DNA from: Bacteriovoracaceae bacterium
GTDB lineage: Bacteria; Bdellovibrionota; Bacteriovoracia; Bacteriovoracales; Bacteriovoracaceae
Length of the DNA: 64,000 nucleotides
Assembly (NCBI GenBank): GCA_048270185.1
Contig: JBLWTJ010000004.1
Location: 196,615 to 260,614, forward strand
Reading direction: 5' to 3'
Each line of letters starts with the position of its first letter. The stretch's first letter is position 1. The position numbers and the translations under genes were made by a program. The notes beneath the pieces are model-generated. The model was not told the origin of the DNA, ran no database searches, and saw only the letters and a program-made list of their open reading frames with translations. Positions 49,845-58,084 of the stretch are shown piece by piece.

Positions 49845-50398
49845 TGCCAAAATCAAAATTATACACTCGTACGGGTGATAAGGGTGAAACAAGTTTAGTT
49901 GGTGGTCAGAGAGTTTCAAAGGCCAGCTCACGCATTAATCTTTATGGAAACCTAGATGAGCTTAATAGTTTTGTAGGGCTTGCACTTTGCTATATCGATG
50001 TTCATCGAGTTAAGAATACCTTCAAAAGTATTCAAGAAAATATTTTCGTTCTCGGTTCTAACTTTGCAACACTCAAAGAAGACCGCGATAGTTATAATTT
50101 ACCTAAATTAAAAGTGGACGATCTCCTTCATCTTGAAGCTGAGATCGATCACTTCGATTCAATTGTTGATCCTCTAAAATACTTTATTATGCCTGGTGGT
50201 AGTGTTGCTGCTTCTCATGTTCACATCTGTCGCACGAAAACGCGCCAAATTGAAAGGGAAGCTGTTGAGTTAGGTGATGTTGAACCAATTGATTTAGAGT
50301 ATCTAAACCGACTGTCCGATTACTTTTTTATAATCGCTAGATTTTTAAATAAGCATGAGAATATTCAAGATATTCCTTGGGTACCAAAGAAAGGCTAG
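49844..50398 (+). CDS. PduO-type cob(I)alamin adenosyltransferase
   Basis: YTRTGDKGET, YGNLDELNS, YLNRLSD. Confidence 0.93.
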   Translation: MPKSKLYTRTGDKGETSLVGGQRVSKASSRINLYGNLDELNSFVGLALCYIDVHRVKNTFKSIQENIFVLGSNFATLKEDRDSYNLPKLKVDDLLHLEAEIDHFDSIVDPLKYFIMPGGSVAASHVHICRTKTRQIEREAVELGDVEPIDLEYLNRLSDYFFIIARFLNKHENIQDIPWVPKKG

Positions 50399-50399
50399 G

Positions 50400-50951
50400 C
50401 TATTTAAATAATTTCATTATTTTAGTCATGACAGTTTTGTCTTCCTCTTCTTTCTTTTTGGGCTTTACTTTCTTGTTAACTTTTTTGACTGGCTTAGGCT
50501 TTAATTTATCACCACCCCTAAGCTTAGGCTGCTCAATAGACAGCCCGTTAAGAGCGAGGAAGCCTGTTTGATCTGCTAGTACAGTAGATGTCGAGGTAAC
50601 ATCCTCCACGGCTTGATTTGGGTCCACAGGCCTTGTGAATTGTTTAAACTCGATATCAGTCAGGTCTTCAAGACAAATTGTTATAAGGCAATTACCAATA
50701 CGAACAGTTTCATAAACATAAAGTCGATGGCCTTCGATCTTTCGATTGTTAACGTAGGTGCCATTTGTCGAGCCGAGATCTTTTATATGGATCTCTTTAT
50801 TCTCGTATGTGATTTCAAGGTGTTTTGACGATATTTTTGAATCATCTATACTGATATCAACTGAAGACTTAGAGCGTCCAAAAGTGAGTCTTGGCTTTAT
50901 TAAAACCTTAGCTTTATTTTCTCCGCTCTTTATTATCAATGATATAGACAT
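50400..50951 (-). CDS. FHA domain protein
   Basis: FGR, SSKH, DLGSTNGTYVN. Confidence 0.9.
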   Translation of the reverse strand: MSISLIIKSGENKAKVLIKPRLTFGRSKSSVDISIDDSKISSKHLEITYENKEIHIKDLGSTNGTYVNNRKIEGHRLYVYETVRIGNCLITICLEDLTDIEFKQFTRPVDPNQAVEDVTSTSTVLADQTGFLALNGLSIEQPKLRGGDKLKPKPVKKVNKKVKPKKKEEEDKTVMTKIMKLFK

Positions 50952-51040
50952 TGTTTCTTGCTCCTATATAAAGTATATCATCATTATGTTATAATGGAGT
51001 TGTTGGATATTATTACCTACGCAATATCAAAGGTTTAACT

Positions 51041-51376
51041 ATGAACGAGCTATTAAATGTAACGCCAAAAGCGTTGGCACAAATAAAAAATATTTTCGAC
51101 GGAGAAGGACGATCAAAGTCGGACTTTGGATTACGTCTAGGTGTTATTGGTGGCGGCTGTTCTGGTCTTTCATATAATATTGATTTTGATGCTCCAAAGG
51201 ACTCCGACAATATTATCAAGCTCGATGATATTCAAATCTTGATTGATCCAAAGTCATCGATTTACTTGAGTGGTATTACCCTCGACTTTAAGGATGGCCT
51301 TAATGGTAAGGGATTTGTGTTCGAGAACCCAAATGCTAAGAATACATGTGGATGTGGTGAGAGTTTTAGCGTTTAA
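51041..51376 (+). CDS. iscA: A-type Fe-S carrier (IscA/HesB family)
   Basis: GGGCSGLSY, NPNA..TCGCGESF. Confidence 0.93.
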   Translation: MNELLNVTPKALAQIKNIFDGEGRSKSDFGLRLGVIGGGCSGLSYNIDFDAPKDSDNIIKLDDIQILIDPKSSIYLSGITLDFKDGLNGKGFVFENPNAKNTCGCGESFSV

Positions 51377-51793
51377 CTACTTGGCCTTCTTCTTTATATT
51401 TACCATACTAAAATCAACATCTTCGGTTACATTCGTTAAGTCTTCGCCCCAGTAGTTCTCTGCTTCTCGCTTAGAAAAGAGACTAATTTCATTCTCGTTT
51501 AAAGATTTGCTATCAATGTAGATTTTAATGGAGCCGATTGAGATGATGTCATGAATAAAAAACTTCTGCTCCTTATCCAATTTTATTTGATTTAGATAAG
51601 TTCCATTTTTTGAACCTAGGTCGCGAACTATAACAGACTCCTTGTCATAGGTAATTTCGAAATGGGTCGATGAAACCTTAGGGTCATCAAGAACGATATC
51701 GACGTTATCTTTTCGACGTCCAAAAACAATCTTAGGCTTCGCCATAAGTCTTAATCTCTTTTCACTTGTTTCGATAATAAAATTAACTGACAT
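51377..51793 (-). CDS. FHA domain protein
   Basis: FGR, SSTH, DLGSKNGTYLN. Confidence 0.9.
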   Translation of the reverse strand: MSVNFIIETSEKRLRLMAKPKIVFGRRKDNVDIVLDDPKVSSTHFEITYDKESVIVRDLGSKNGTYLNQIKLDKEQKFFIHDIISIGSIKIYIDSKSLNENEISLFSKREAENYWGEDLTNVTEDVDFSMVNIKKKAK

Positions 51794-51921
51794 TACAGGC
51801 CCTTTCTTTGTTCTTGTTCACATCTTAAGTCAAATAGTCTTTATATTCTTATTAGTATATATTTATAATGACTTATATTTAAAGACGGCAATTTTATACG
51901 CCAAGAAAAATGGACTGCAAT

Positions 51922-53445
51922 ATGGCCTTAAGCGAACAAATGATAAAAGAGACTCTCTATGATTTCTTCTTTAAATCTCAAGATTTTACACTTGATGACT
52001 ATGAAGTTTATCAATTGGCAGGCGATGAGACTGGTGACTATCTTCAAAGACAATTGACCGCAGATATAAAAAAAATTGAAAACTCAGCAGGATTGGCCTG
52101 TCGACTTGATCGCACGGGTCGAATATTCTCTTTCTTCTACGTCATCAATATTGAAAATACATATTACATCGCCGTCATTAAAGATCTTGCAAGCGAAACA
52201 ATTGATGAGCTTGAAAAGTTCATCATTATGGAAGATATAACTATTTCAAAAACTGATTTTATTCCACATATCTATTCTCATCCTAATAAAGATACGGTTG
52301 AGATTAATTTCTATGATGGATTGGCCTACCTTGGGCTTAGCTTAGAGAGTTCACAAAATGTAGATAAAGTAGATGTACTTGATGTTCTAACTGGATGGCC
52401 CATACTTAACAAAACTATTGATCGAAAAAGCTTAATAAATGAAACAAGGCTTAACGAGTTTGCAATTAGCTATAATAAAGGTTGCTTCCTCGGTCAAGAA
52501 ACAGCTTCAAAAATTGAAAGTCGTCGAGGTGCAGCCAAGTATCCTGTGCTTGTAGAGTCGCAAGCTAAATTACCTGATGAAATAATGTTTAATGACAAAA
52601 AAGTTCAACTCTTAAATTCAGTAGAATTTAAAGGTTTACATTATTCTGTTGTAAAAGTTGGCCGCGAATTTTTAATTAATAATCTAGAAGTTGAATGTAA
52701 TGGAGCTAAGGTTCATATATTTACGTATCCACTGTTTTCGACGGGAAAGAAAGAGATAAGTGAATATTATTATAATGAAGCAGTAAAACTTTTTCATGAA
52801 TCAAAAAGAGAAGAAGCTCTTGCATTATTAGATGAAGTTATTGCTTTTAATCCAGAGTATGCTGATGCTTATGAGTCTAAGGGAGTTATACTTGGTAATA
52901 ATGGTGAACATCAAAAGGCAATTGAAGTTATGGATGAATTATTGAAAGTCGATGAAAACTCAGTAATGGCCCATACCAATAAATCTTTATATCTTATGAA
53001 GCTTGGTAAGATTGAAGAAGCTGAAGAAGAGAAAGCCTTGGCAACAGTTGCTTCTTTCAAACGCTTTGGTAATGAAGCCAAGGAAAAACAGCTACGAGAA
53101 GAACAAGAAAGAGTAGCTAATGAAGAAAAAGCCCGTCGTTTTGAAATGTTTAACAAAGTCTTGGCCATCGATGAATTAGATGTTGTGGCCAATTTCGGTC
53201 TTGCCGATATTCACTTTAGTAATGAGAAATTTGATAAGGCCCTATCACATCTTGAAATTGTTTTGACCGAAAATACTAAGTATTCAGTTGCCTACTTACT
53301 AAAGGCGAAGATTTTATTTAAGCAAAAGAAGTATGATGAATGTTTAAATGTTATTGAGAAGGGAATACCTGTTGCTACATCTCAAGGTGAGCTAATGCCA
53401 GCAAATGAAATGCAGTCACTAAAAGCTAAAATAGCTAAAATCTAG
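51922..53445 (+). CDS. YgfZ/GcvT-family protein fused to TPR repeats
   Basis: YLQRQLT.DI, KGCFLGQE signature; C-terminal TPRs (NPEYADAY..KG); start 51910 or 51922. Confidence 0.85.
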   Translation: MALSEQMIKETLYDFFFKSQDFTLDDYEVYQLAGDETGDYLQRQLTADIKKIENSAGLACRLDRTGRIFSFFYVINIENTYYIAVIKDLASETIDELEKFIIMEDITISKTDFIPHIYSHPNKDTVEINFYDGLAYLGLSLESSQNVDKVDVLDVLTGWPILNKTIDRKSLINETRLNEFAISYNKGCFLGQETASKIESRRGAAKYPVLVESQAKLPDEIMFNDKKVQLLNSVEFKGLHYSVVKVGREFLINNLEVECNGAKVHIFTYPLFSTGKKEISEYYYNEAVKLFHESKREEALALLDEVIAFNPEYADAYESKGVILGNNGEHQKAIEVMDELLKVDENSVMAHTNKSLYLMKLGKIEEAEEEKALATVASFKRFGNEAKEKQLREEQERVANEEKARRFEMFNKVLAIDELDVVANFGLADIHFSNEKFDKALSHLEIVLTENTKYSVAYLLKAKILFKQKKYDECLNVIEKGIPVATSQGELMPANEMQSLKAKIAKI

Positions 53446-54749
53446 TAATACTTATTTCGTGCTTCTAGTAATTCATTCTTTAAAGCTTCTACTTGATCGC
53501 TGTCGACTTCTTTTGCAAGTTGGATAATGAGGTCACGGTGTTGATCGATAAGGGCCTTGAAGTCTTGATAGACTTTATAACCTTCATCAGAGATGATTTC
53601 TTCTTTGTAAGCTTTTTCTAAGTCAGACTCACAAAAGCGTAGCATATAGTATTCTTCAATAGCTCTAAGCTTAATTTTAGTGAATTCAGCTTCAGAGAAG
53701 TCATGATTTGTTGCTTGTGCAAGATTAGCAAATAATTCTAGCGCCCAATAGAAAGTCATATAGGCGTGGTATATACCACGTATCGGTCTAAGGGCCCTAC
53801 GCCAAGGACTATAGTAGATTTTCTCTTCTAGTTCTTCTAGTAACTCTTCTTGATTGAGATAAGCATTAAGAACATGGTGCCCATTCTCATGAAGAAGATC
53901 ATCCATGAGATCAATATCATCTCGATCATAGACATTAATTGAAGAATATCCTGGAAGAGTTTGCATTGAGTAACTTACAATTCCCTTTTCTTGAATAGGA
54001 ATAATTGTATGGGTAAATTCTTTTAGTACATCAAGTAAATCTGGCGTTAACTCACTTAAGCGATTATAAGCTTTTGTGATCTTTTTCGTAATGACAGAGC
54101 TTGTTTCCTTCAATTCTTCATAGAAAATAATATCGAGATGGCCCACTTGATTCTTTGTAGCACTAGATGTTTCACAACTATTATCAAGTGTAGCAATTAC
54201 TTTCTCTTTCATGTCTTTAAAGAAAACTCTCTTTCCATTTGGAAGATAAGCTGACTTGGCGTCATCTCCAAGTTCTGGAACACTTAGATAAGTTAGTTCA
54301 CACTCGAGACTTTCTTTAATATGAATATTATAGAAGGCAATAATATTGTCTTCTAAGATTAGAAGTAGCTTCTTACTTTCAGTTAAAAGATCCTTGCTTT
54401 CATTTAGCGAATTTAAAAATATTTCTGCTAGATTTGAATCGTGCCAGAAATTAAAGATGGCGTCTTCCGAGTCACTCATTTCAAGATCTTCACCTATCTC
54501 AAACTCGGCGTGATAGGAAATGACTTCAATTAGCGCTTCGATTAAGTTGAACCAATAGAAGTTTAAACTTGAAAACTTATTTAACTTCTCATCAAAAATA
54601 GCTTCTTGATAAAAATTTTGAAATCTTGATGAAAGGAGCTCATTTTCTTCTTCATTCTCAAGTGCATCTTCGCGGTAAAGCGTAAGATTATCTAAGTACA
54701 AGTTTTTGAAATTGTTATTAACTTGAATGAAGTGATTGAATTTTTTCAT
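53442..54749 (-). CDS. HExxH-motif protein, aKG-HExxH peptide beta-hydroxylase family
   Basis: HENGH, YYSPWRRALRP, GIYHAY. Confidence 0.8.
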   Translation of the reverse strand: MKKFNHFIQVNNNFKNLYLDNLTLYREDALENEEENELLSSRFQNFYQEAIFDEKLNKFSSLNFYWFNLIEALIEVISYHAEFEIGEDLEMSDSEDAIFNFWHDSNLAEIFLNSLNESKDLLTESKKLLLILEDNIIAFYNIHIKESLECELTYLSVPELGDDAKSAYLPNGKRVFFKDMKEKVIATLDNSCETSSATKNQVGHLDIIFYEELKETSSVITKKITKAYNRLSELTPDLLDVLKEFTHTIIPIQEKGIVSYSMQTLPGYSSINVYDRDDIDLMDDLLHENGHHVLNAYLNQEELLEELEEKIYYSPWRRALRPIRGIYHAYMTFYWALELFANLAQATNHDFSEAEFTKIKLRAIEEYYMLRFCESDLEKAYKEEIISDEGYKVYQDFKALIDQHRDLIIQLAKEVDSDQVEALKNELLEARNKYY

Positions 54750-54774
54750 GGAATAGAGCGGTTTAGAAAAAGAA

Positions 54775-54849
54775 TGGCTGGGATGGCGAGATTCGAACTC
54801 GCGACCAATAGATTAACAGTCTACTGCGCTACCGCTGCGCCACATCCCA
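54775..54849 (-). tRNA. tRNA-Asn (anticodon GTT)
   Basis: Acceptor TGGGATG/CATCCCA, anticodon arm GTAGA-CTGTTAA-TCTAT, GAGTTCGAATCTC T-arm, encoded CCA. Confidence 0.96.
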
Positions 54850-54969
54850 GCAATCTTAAGTAGTTAATTTTATAAACTCATTTTTTAATATTGTAAATAT
54901 TTTCTTTCAAAGAATTTTTTGACCCATACCTTTAAGTTGTTGAAATTATTCACTCTAAACTAAATTTGC

Positions 54970-54996
54970 TAAATTTTTTTTTCAAAAAACCGACAA
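54970..54996 (+). promoter_or_regulatory. Putative sigma-28 promoter
   Basis: TAAA-N15-ACCGACAA. Confidence 0.5.
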
Positions 54997-55032
54997 GCTT
55001 ACTCAGATGATAGGTTAAAATACTAGGTAATA

Positions 55033-55551
55033 ATGGAAGAAACTCAACTAATTAGAAATTTACTGCGAATCCTTACGCCAGAAGAAGTTTCTGACCTAAC
55101 TACTGTTGGTGATGCATCCGTGCGAGAGGCCTTAACCGATCTCTTAGTAGGCCATAATCAAGGTCATGGGCTCTCTTATGGTGTCGGTGGTATGGCAAAG
55201 ATCCTGCCATTTCCAGATGTCTCTAAGGAGCAGGAAGAGCCTCTCTCAATCATTGAAGATATAGAGATTGTAACAGGCCCTAATGTTCATCAGTTTATTA
55301 ATCAATTTATTACTAAGGTTCAGTTTGAATCAAGTAAGGTTCACGCTGGTGGTAGGCCCGTTGAAACGAGTACTTTTATTTTAAATGAAAAGGAAAGATT
55401 TAAGGCAGTCTATACGAAAATGAAAAGTCGTGAAGTTTTAGATCTCTATGCAAAGAACTCTATTGTCGACTTGGAACAAGAACGCAAGAACCGAAAAGAT
55501 TTGTCAAAAAACTCTTCGACTGGCGTCCTTGTTAATAAGAAGCATTATTAA
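55033..55551 (+). CDS. Hypothetical protein
   Basis: AGGT RBS, 172-aa ORF ending GVLVNKKHY. Confidence 0.7.
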   Translation: MEETQLIRNLLRILTPEEVSDLTTVGDASVREALTDLLVGHNQGHGLSYGVGGMAKILPFPDVSKEQEEPLSIIEDIEIVTGPNVHQFINQFITKVQFESSKVHAGGRPVETSTFILNEKERFKAVYTKMKSREVLDLYAKNSIVDLEQERKNRKDLSKNSSTGVLVNKKHY

Positions 55552-57062
55552 TCTTCTTTAAGTCCTTTAATATTTCCTGTCGCACTAGGTGAATCAATTT
55601 CTAAAGTAGCTAATTGATAAACACAATGATCAACAGTGGAAACAGCTGCTGGTCGATAGTTTCCAGAGTTTTTCACACCACCAAAAGGTAGATTAGAGTT
55701 AGCACCAACTGTTGCACGGTTTAAGTTAACGAGACCTGCATCGATATTATTAACAGCGTGATGAAACTTCGCAACGTCTTTAGTGAAGACTGAAGCTGCA
55801 AGACCGTACTCGGTTGAGTTGGCAATATTAATTGCTTCATCAAAGTCACTATATCCAACAAAAGTACAATTAGGTCCAAAGATTTCATTAGCTAGAAAGT
55901 GGCTCTTTGGTATTAACTTATTAGTGTAGTGAATTGATGGTGAAACAAAGTAGCCGTTAGTTGCTCTCTCTAGTTGTTTCCCTCTCATTACTTCTTCTAG
56001 GCCTTCACGTTTTGCCATACCCATGAAAAGTAGATATTGGTCAAGTGAAGCTTGATCAATAAGTGGCCCCATGAAAGGATCCACTTCGTGATCAACTGCG
56101 TGGTCAACGATAATCTTTTTTGCCATTTCATGAAAGCGACCAATAAATTCATCTTTTATTGAATCATGAATTGCAACAAGTCCTGTCGAAGTACAACGTT
56201 GTCCTGTTGTTAAATATGAGCCTGTTAGAATTTCTTCAAGAACATAATCAAGATCTGCTGTCTCATCAATAATGGCAGTGTTCTTACCACCTAGTTCAAG
56301 TGAAACAAGTTTTGAAAGATCAGAATATGTTGATTCAAGTATTTTTTGTCCGACTTCTTTTGAACCAGTGAAGAAGACACCTTTTACTCTCTTGTCTTTT
56401 ATTATTCGTCGAGCAACCTCACCATCTCCTTGCACGAGATTAACAACACCCATTGGGAATTTTGCCTCCGCAAGACACTCAAACATAAGTTGAGCAGAGT
56501 AGGCTGTCTTCTCACTTGGTTTGAAAATAATTGAGTTACCAGAGATTAGGTTCGCTGTAATTTGACCATTAGCTAGATGGCAAGGGAAGTTAAAAGGCCC
56601 GATAATAAAACTAGGCCCTACCGGTTTAAAGTAAATATGGGCATTTGTTCCTGGAGCAATACCTTCCATATTCTTCGTTTGAATTCTTGGAAGAGATGCA
56701 TTGATTGTAACATCAACTTTAGCAATAAGGGCCGCAGCTTCAGTGCGAGCTTCCCAAAGAGGTTTACCAACTTCAAGTGCTATTGCAAGAGCAATATCGT
56801 CTTGCTTCGTTTTTAGAACTTCTTGATATCTTCTAAGGGCATCAATTCTTTCTTCAATTGGAGTATTTCTCCAAGTCTGAAAACCCTTGTGTGCTGATTC
56901 GATTAACTCGTCGATATGAGCGTAGTTAATATTCATTGTCCAAAGAGTTTTTGATGTATCACTTGGACACTCTCTTGAAATAGAACGATCATTTCTTAGA
57001 TTAACTGAATCATCAAAGCTGATAAAATTATTGTTAAAAAAAGATCCTTTTAATTGAAACAT
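55548..57062 (-). CDS. astD: Succinylglutamate-semialdehyde dehydrogenase
   Basis: GPFNFPCHLANG, KPSE, LELGGKN, GQRCT, SGNYRP; next to astA. Confidence 0.85.
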   Translation of the reverse strand: MFQLKGSFFNNNFISFDDSVNLRNDRSISRECPSDTSKTLWTMNINYAHIDELIESAHKGFQTWRNTPIEERIDALRRYQEVLKTKQDDIALAIALEVGKPLWEARTEAAALIAKVDVTINASLPRIQTKNMEGIAPGTNAHIYFKPVGPSFIIGPFNFPCHLANGQITANLISGNSIIFKPSEKTAYSAQLMFECLAEAKFPMGVVNLVQGDGEVARRIIKDKRVKGVFFTGSKEVGQKILESTYSDLSKLVSLELGGKNTAIIDETADLDYVLEEILTGSYLTTGQRCTSTGLVAIHDSIKDEFIGRFHEMAKKIIVDHAVDHEVDPFMGPLIDQASLDQYLLFMGMAKREGLEEVMRGKQLERATNGYFVSPSIHYTNKLIPKSHFLANEIFGPNCTFVGYSDFDEAINIANSTEYGLAASVFTKDVAKFHHAVNNIDAGLVNLNRATVGANSNLPFGGVKNSGNYRPAAVSTVDHCVYQLATLEIDSPSATGNIKGLKED

Positions 57063-57071
57063 AATTTTCTC

Positions 57072-58073
57072 CTATATTGCCATTGAAGTAATCTTCGTCC
57101 CTTCTTCAAGATTGAATGAAGAAAGGTTAGCAACTGTCAGTATATCACCATTTAGCTCTCCTTTAAGGCAGAGAACTTCAAAGTTTTTGTCATTTGTTAG
57201 TGCCAAGTAGAATTTAGGTGAACTTGTTTCACCATTTTTAAGAGTTACTTCCTTAATTGTTTTTACCGGTTTGATGTCTTTGAGCTTACAGCGATAGTGT
57301 GGCCCCCCATCAAATGGATCAACTTCATGAGTATACTTAAAACCTATTGACTCAAGCATTCTCTTAACAGGCTCTGTATCTTCTCCAACTTTTCCAACAG
57401 CATCTCTTGCTTCAATTGGAAGTAACGTTTCGTATATTGTTCCAGAAGGGAAGAGGCTTAGAATAAATTCCTTATTCTTACGACTTAGAATATCTGCGTC
57501 GTGATATTCCATGTTGAGGAAGCGGCGTCCGATGGCCTCCCATAGAGGAGAGCGTCCGTCAGCATCAAATGGAGGAAGTAGTTCAGAATGAATAGTATCC
57601 TTGAAGCGATCAGGGTTAAGTCCCATATAGAAGAATCTTGAGAATGATAGAAACTTACCTAGTTTATTTGGATTCCCTCGGTAACTTGGATCGAGGATAA
57701 GACCACCAATTTCAGTCGGTCCATCAGTGTCATAACCAAGTTTTAATGTCCCGTGAATGAAGCCAGTATTAATTGTGTCGGAGAACTTATTCTCCTGTCC
57801 AACCTTTAAATAGAAGTGAGGCTCGAGTTCATCTCCATGACGAGCATGAATCATTGAACAGCCAATGACTCGATCTGCTGCGAGGTCTTCTAAGACAAAG
57901 ATATAGTGATCGTTTGATAAGTTATCACTCTTTTGCTTGAATGAACGTAGAGAACTTTCAATTTTTTTTGAAATGAGTTCTCGATCATTTGGTAAGTTAA
58001 TAAAGACATAAAGATTTGAGAGATCGTAGAGATCATCAAGGTCTTCAGATTTTACTGGTCTAATTCTAAACAT
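57072..58073 (-). CDS. astA: Arginine N-succinyltransferase
   Basis: NLP, YIFVLED, TEIGGLILDPSYR, SPLWEAIGRRF, DPFDGGP. Confidence 0.9.
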   Translation of the reverse strand: MFRIRPVKSEDLDDLYDLSNLYVFINLPNDRELISKKIESSLRSFKQKSDNLSNDHYIFVLEDLAADRVIGCSMIHARHGDELEPHFYLKVGQENKFSDTINTGFIHGTLKLGYDTDGPTEIGGLILDPSYRGNPNKLGKFLSFSRFFYMGLNPDRFKDTIHSELLPPFDADGRSPLWEAIGRRFLNMEYHDADILSRKNKEFILSLFPSGTIYETLLPIEARDAVGKVGEDTEPVKRMLESIGFKYTHEVDPFDGGPHYRCKLKDIKPVKTIKEVTLKNGETSSPKFYLALTNDKNFEVLCLKGELNGDILTVANLSSFNLEEGTKITSMAI

Positions 58074-58084
58074 AAGTTTTGCGC

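Noticed and set aside
53442..54775. Genomic island integrated at tRNA-Asn
   Set aside because: No integrase, no duplicated tRNA 3' end noticed, and no obvious compositional shift.
54907..54927. Tiny ORF MGQKIL as a precursor peptide for the HExxH enzyme
   Set aside because: Only 6 aa, RBS-like sequence abuts the ATG, and there is no leader or aromatic core motif.
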